DNA of 64,000 nt from Azolla caroliniana (taxonomy: Eukaryota; Plantae; Polypodiophyta), in contig JBHGNT010000021.1 of assembly GCA_043228905.1 (NCBI GenBank), positions 13,020,001 to 13,084,000 of the forward strand, written 5' to 3'. The notes under the pieces were generated by a model. That model worked only from the letters and a program-made list of their open reading frames with translations, was not told the origin of the DNA and ran no database searches. The translations under genes were made by a program, and so were the position numbers. Shown here one piece after another: positions 62,901 to 64,000 of the stretch; position 1 is the stretch's first letter; every line of letters starts with the position of its first letter.

Positions 62901-64000
62901 AATTAGCTACCATAGTAGCTAATTAGCTATCCTAGCTACTACTATAGTTGTGTAAAGTAGCTAATAAGCTATCCTACTAGCTAATTAGCTATCCTAGTAG
63001 GTAATTAGCTATGGTACTAGCTAATTTAGCTAATTAGCTAGTACTATAGTTGTGTAAAAAAGCTAATTAGGTATCCTACTAGCTAATTAGCCACTGGCAA
63101 CTAATTAGCTATCCTAGTAACTAATTAGCTACTGCCATAGTTGTGTAAAGTAGCTAATAAGCTATCCTAGTAGCTAATTAGCTACTAGCAGCTAATTAGC
63201 TATCCTAGTAGCTAATTAGCTATCCTACTAGCTAATTAGCTACTACCATAGTTGAGTAAAGTACCTAATTAGCTATCCTAGTAGCTAATTAGCTGCTGGC
63301 AACTAATTAGCTATCCTACTAGCGAATTAGCTATCCTAGCGAATTAGCTATCCTAGTAGCTACTGCCATAGTTGTGTAAAGTAGCTAATAAGCTATCCTA
63401 GTAGCTAATTAGCTACTGGCAGCTAATTAGCTATCCTAGTAGCTAATTAGCTACTGGCAGCTAATTAGCTATCCTAGTAGCTAATTAGCTACTGGCAGCT
63501 AATTAGCTGTCCTAGTAGCTAATAAGCTATCCTAACTACTACCATAGTTGAGTAAAGTACCTAATTAGCTATCATACTAGCTAATTAGCTATCGTACTAG
63601 CTAATTAGCTATCGTACTAGCTAATTAGCTATCGTACTAGCTAATTAGCTATCCTAGCTTCTACCATAGTTTAGTAAAGTAGCTAATTAGCTATCCTAAA
63701 TAACTGTCATGTTATTGTAGAATCTTGTGGATTAAGGACGGCACATGATGTGTCTGGTGCTGATGATGCTGCAACAGATGAGGATACTACTGCCAATGTG
63801 GCTGAAAGTAAGAGTCCTGCTATCACATCTCCTTCAGATCAGCTGCACCCTATTCTTTTGGAACAGTGTACTGAATTAGGCAACGATGTGAAATGCCATG
63901 AAATAGTGGAAACAACATGTAAAACTGAGGTTCACAACAACAGTGTTTATGAACACTTGATGCAACATTTCTTCGAGTCTCAAGACCTTGATTCCACCCC
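59982..64000 (+). CDS. Intact spliced gene: unknown N-terminal domain, coiled coil, RING-H2 finger, acidic tail (runs off window)
   Basis: Exons 59982-60010, 60515-61196, 61275-61418, 61503-61836 and 63721 onward. All introns GT-AG with matching phases (2,0,0,1) and no stops. RING pattern CIAC-x17-CNH-x2-H-x2-C-x10-CLGDC. Confidence 0.85.
60050..60490 (+). repeat. Intronic minisatellite with a telomere-like core
   Basis: ~26-bp unit TTCTGATTAGGGTTT(G/T)TGATTGAAAT. Confidence 0.85.
61849..63698. repeat. Intronic satellite of the 14-bp palindrome TAGCTAATTAGCTA
   Basis: Dozens of copies, mostly separated by 6-bp spacers (TCCTAC, TCCTAG, CTGGCA-like), plus longer CCATAGTTGTGTAAAG spacers and higher-order duplications. 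Confidence 0.97.

Larger units (their letters stand above)
59526..64000 (+). mobile_element. Putative left end of a CACTA/EnSpm-like element
   Basis: Abrupt compositional switch at CACTA (59526-59530), followed at once by TAGCTAATTAGCTA subterminal repeats. The right end and a transposase are not in the window. Confidence 0.5.

Noticed and set aside
61849-63698. CRISPR-like appearance of the palindromic array
   Set aside because: Spacers are short and repeated rather than unique, there are no cas genes, and the context is a eukaryotic intron.

Overview
Eukaryotic, almost certainly land-plant DNA. It has plant tRNA-Trp and iMet primer sites and a decayed PLS-type PPR gene; fern-like origin is an inference. 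About 95% of the window is a deep nest of transposons. Nest 1: a PPR remnant was hit by a Copia (ends at 37744), then a Trp-primed Ty3 LTR (ends at 36384), then a large Ty3/gypsy element G (1-35646, with a ~900-codon extra ORF). G was in turn hit by a 28-kb composite of two Trp-primed elements (A and B) and two solo LTRs, and B by a Tnt1-like Copia and the young element C. Nest 2: a Copia (37899-55023) was hit by a LINE, and the LINE by the gag-only element D (itself holding a solo LTR) and a fold-back LTR fragment. The right end holds a putative CACTA element with an intact spliced RING-H2 gene whose introns are satellite arrays. The most coherent system is one tRNA-Trp-primed Ty3/gypsy family with autonomous (B, C) and gag-only (A, D) members. 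All seven readable insertion sites are 4-mers centred on CpG (Y-NCGN-R). Members share a covarying hairpin with a self-complementary loop just before the PPT. The autonomous members have a G_GAU_UUU -1 frameshift cassette between protease and RT and a D-H-G protease motif. Two junctions look like aberrant (two-donor or one-ended) integration events. All coordinates were read by eye and no database searches were run.
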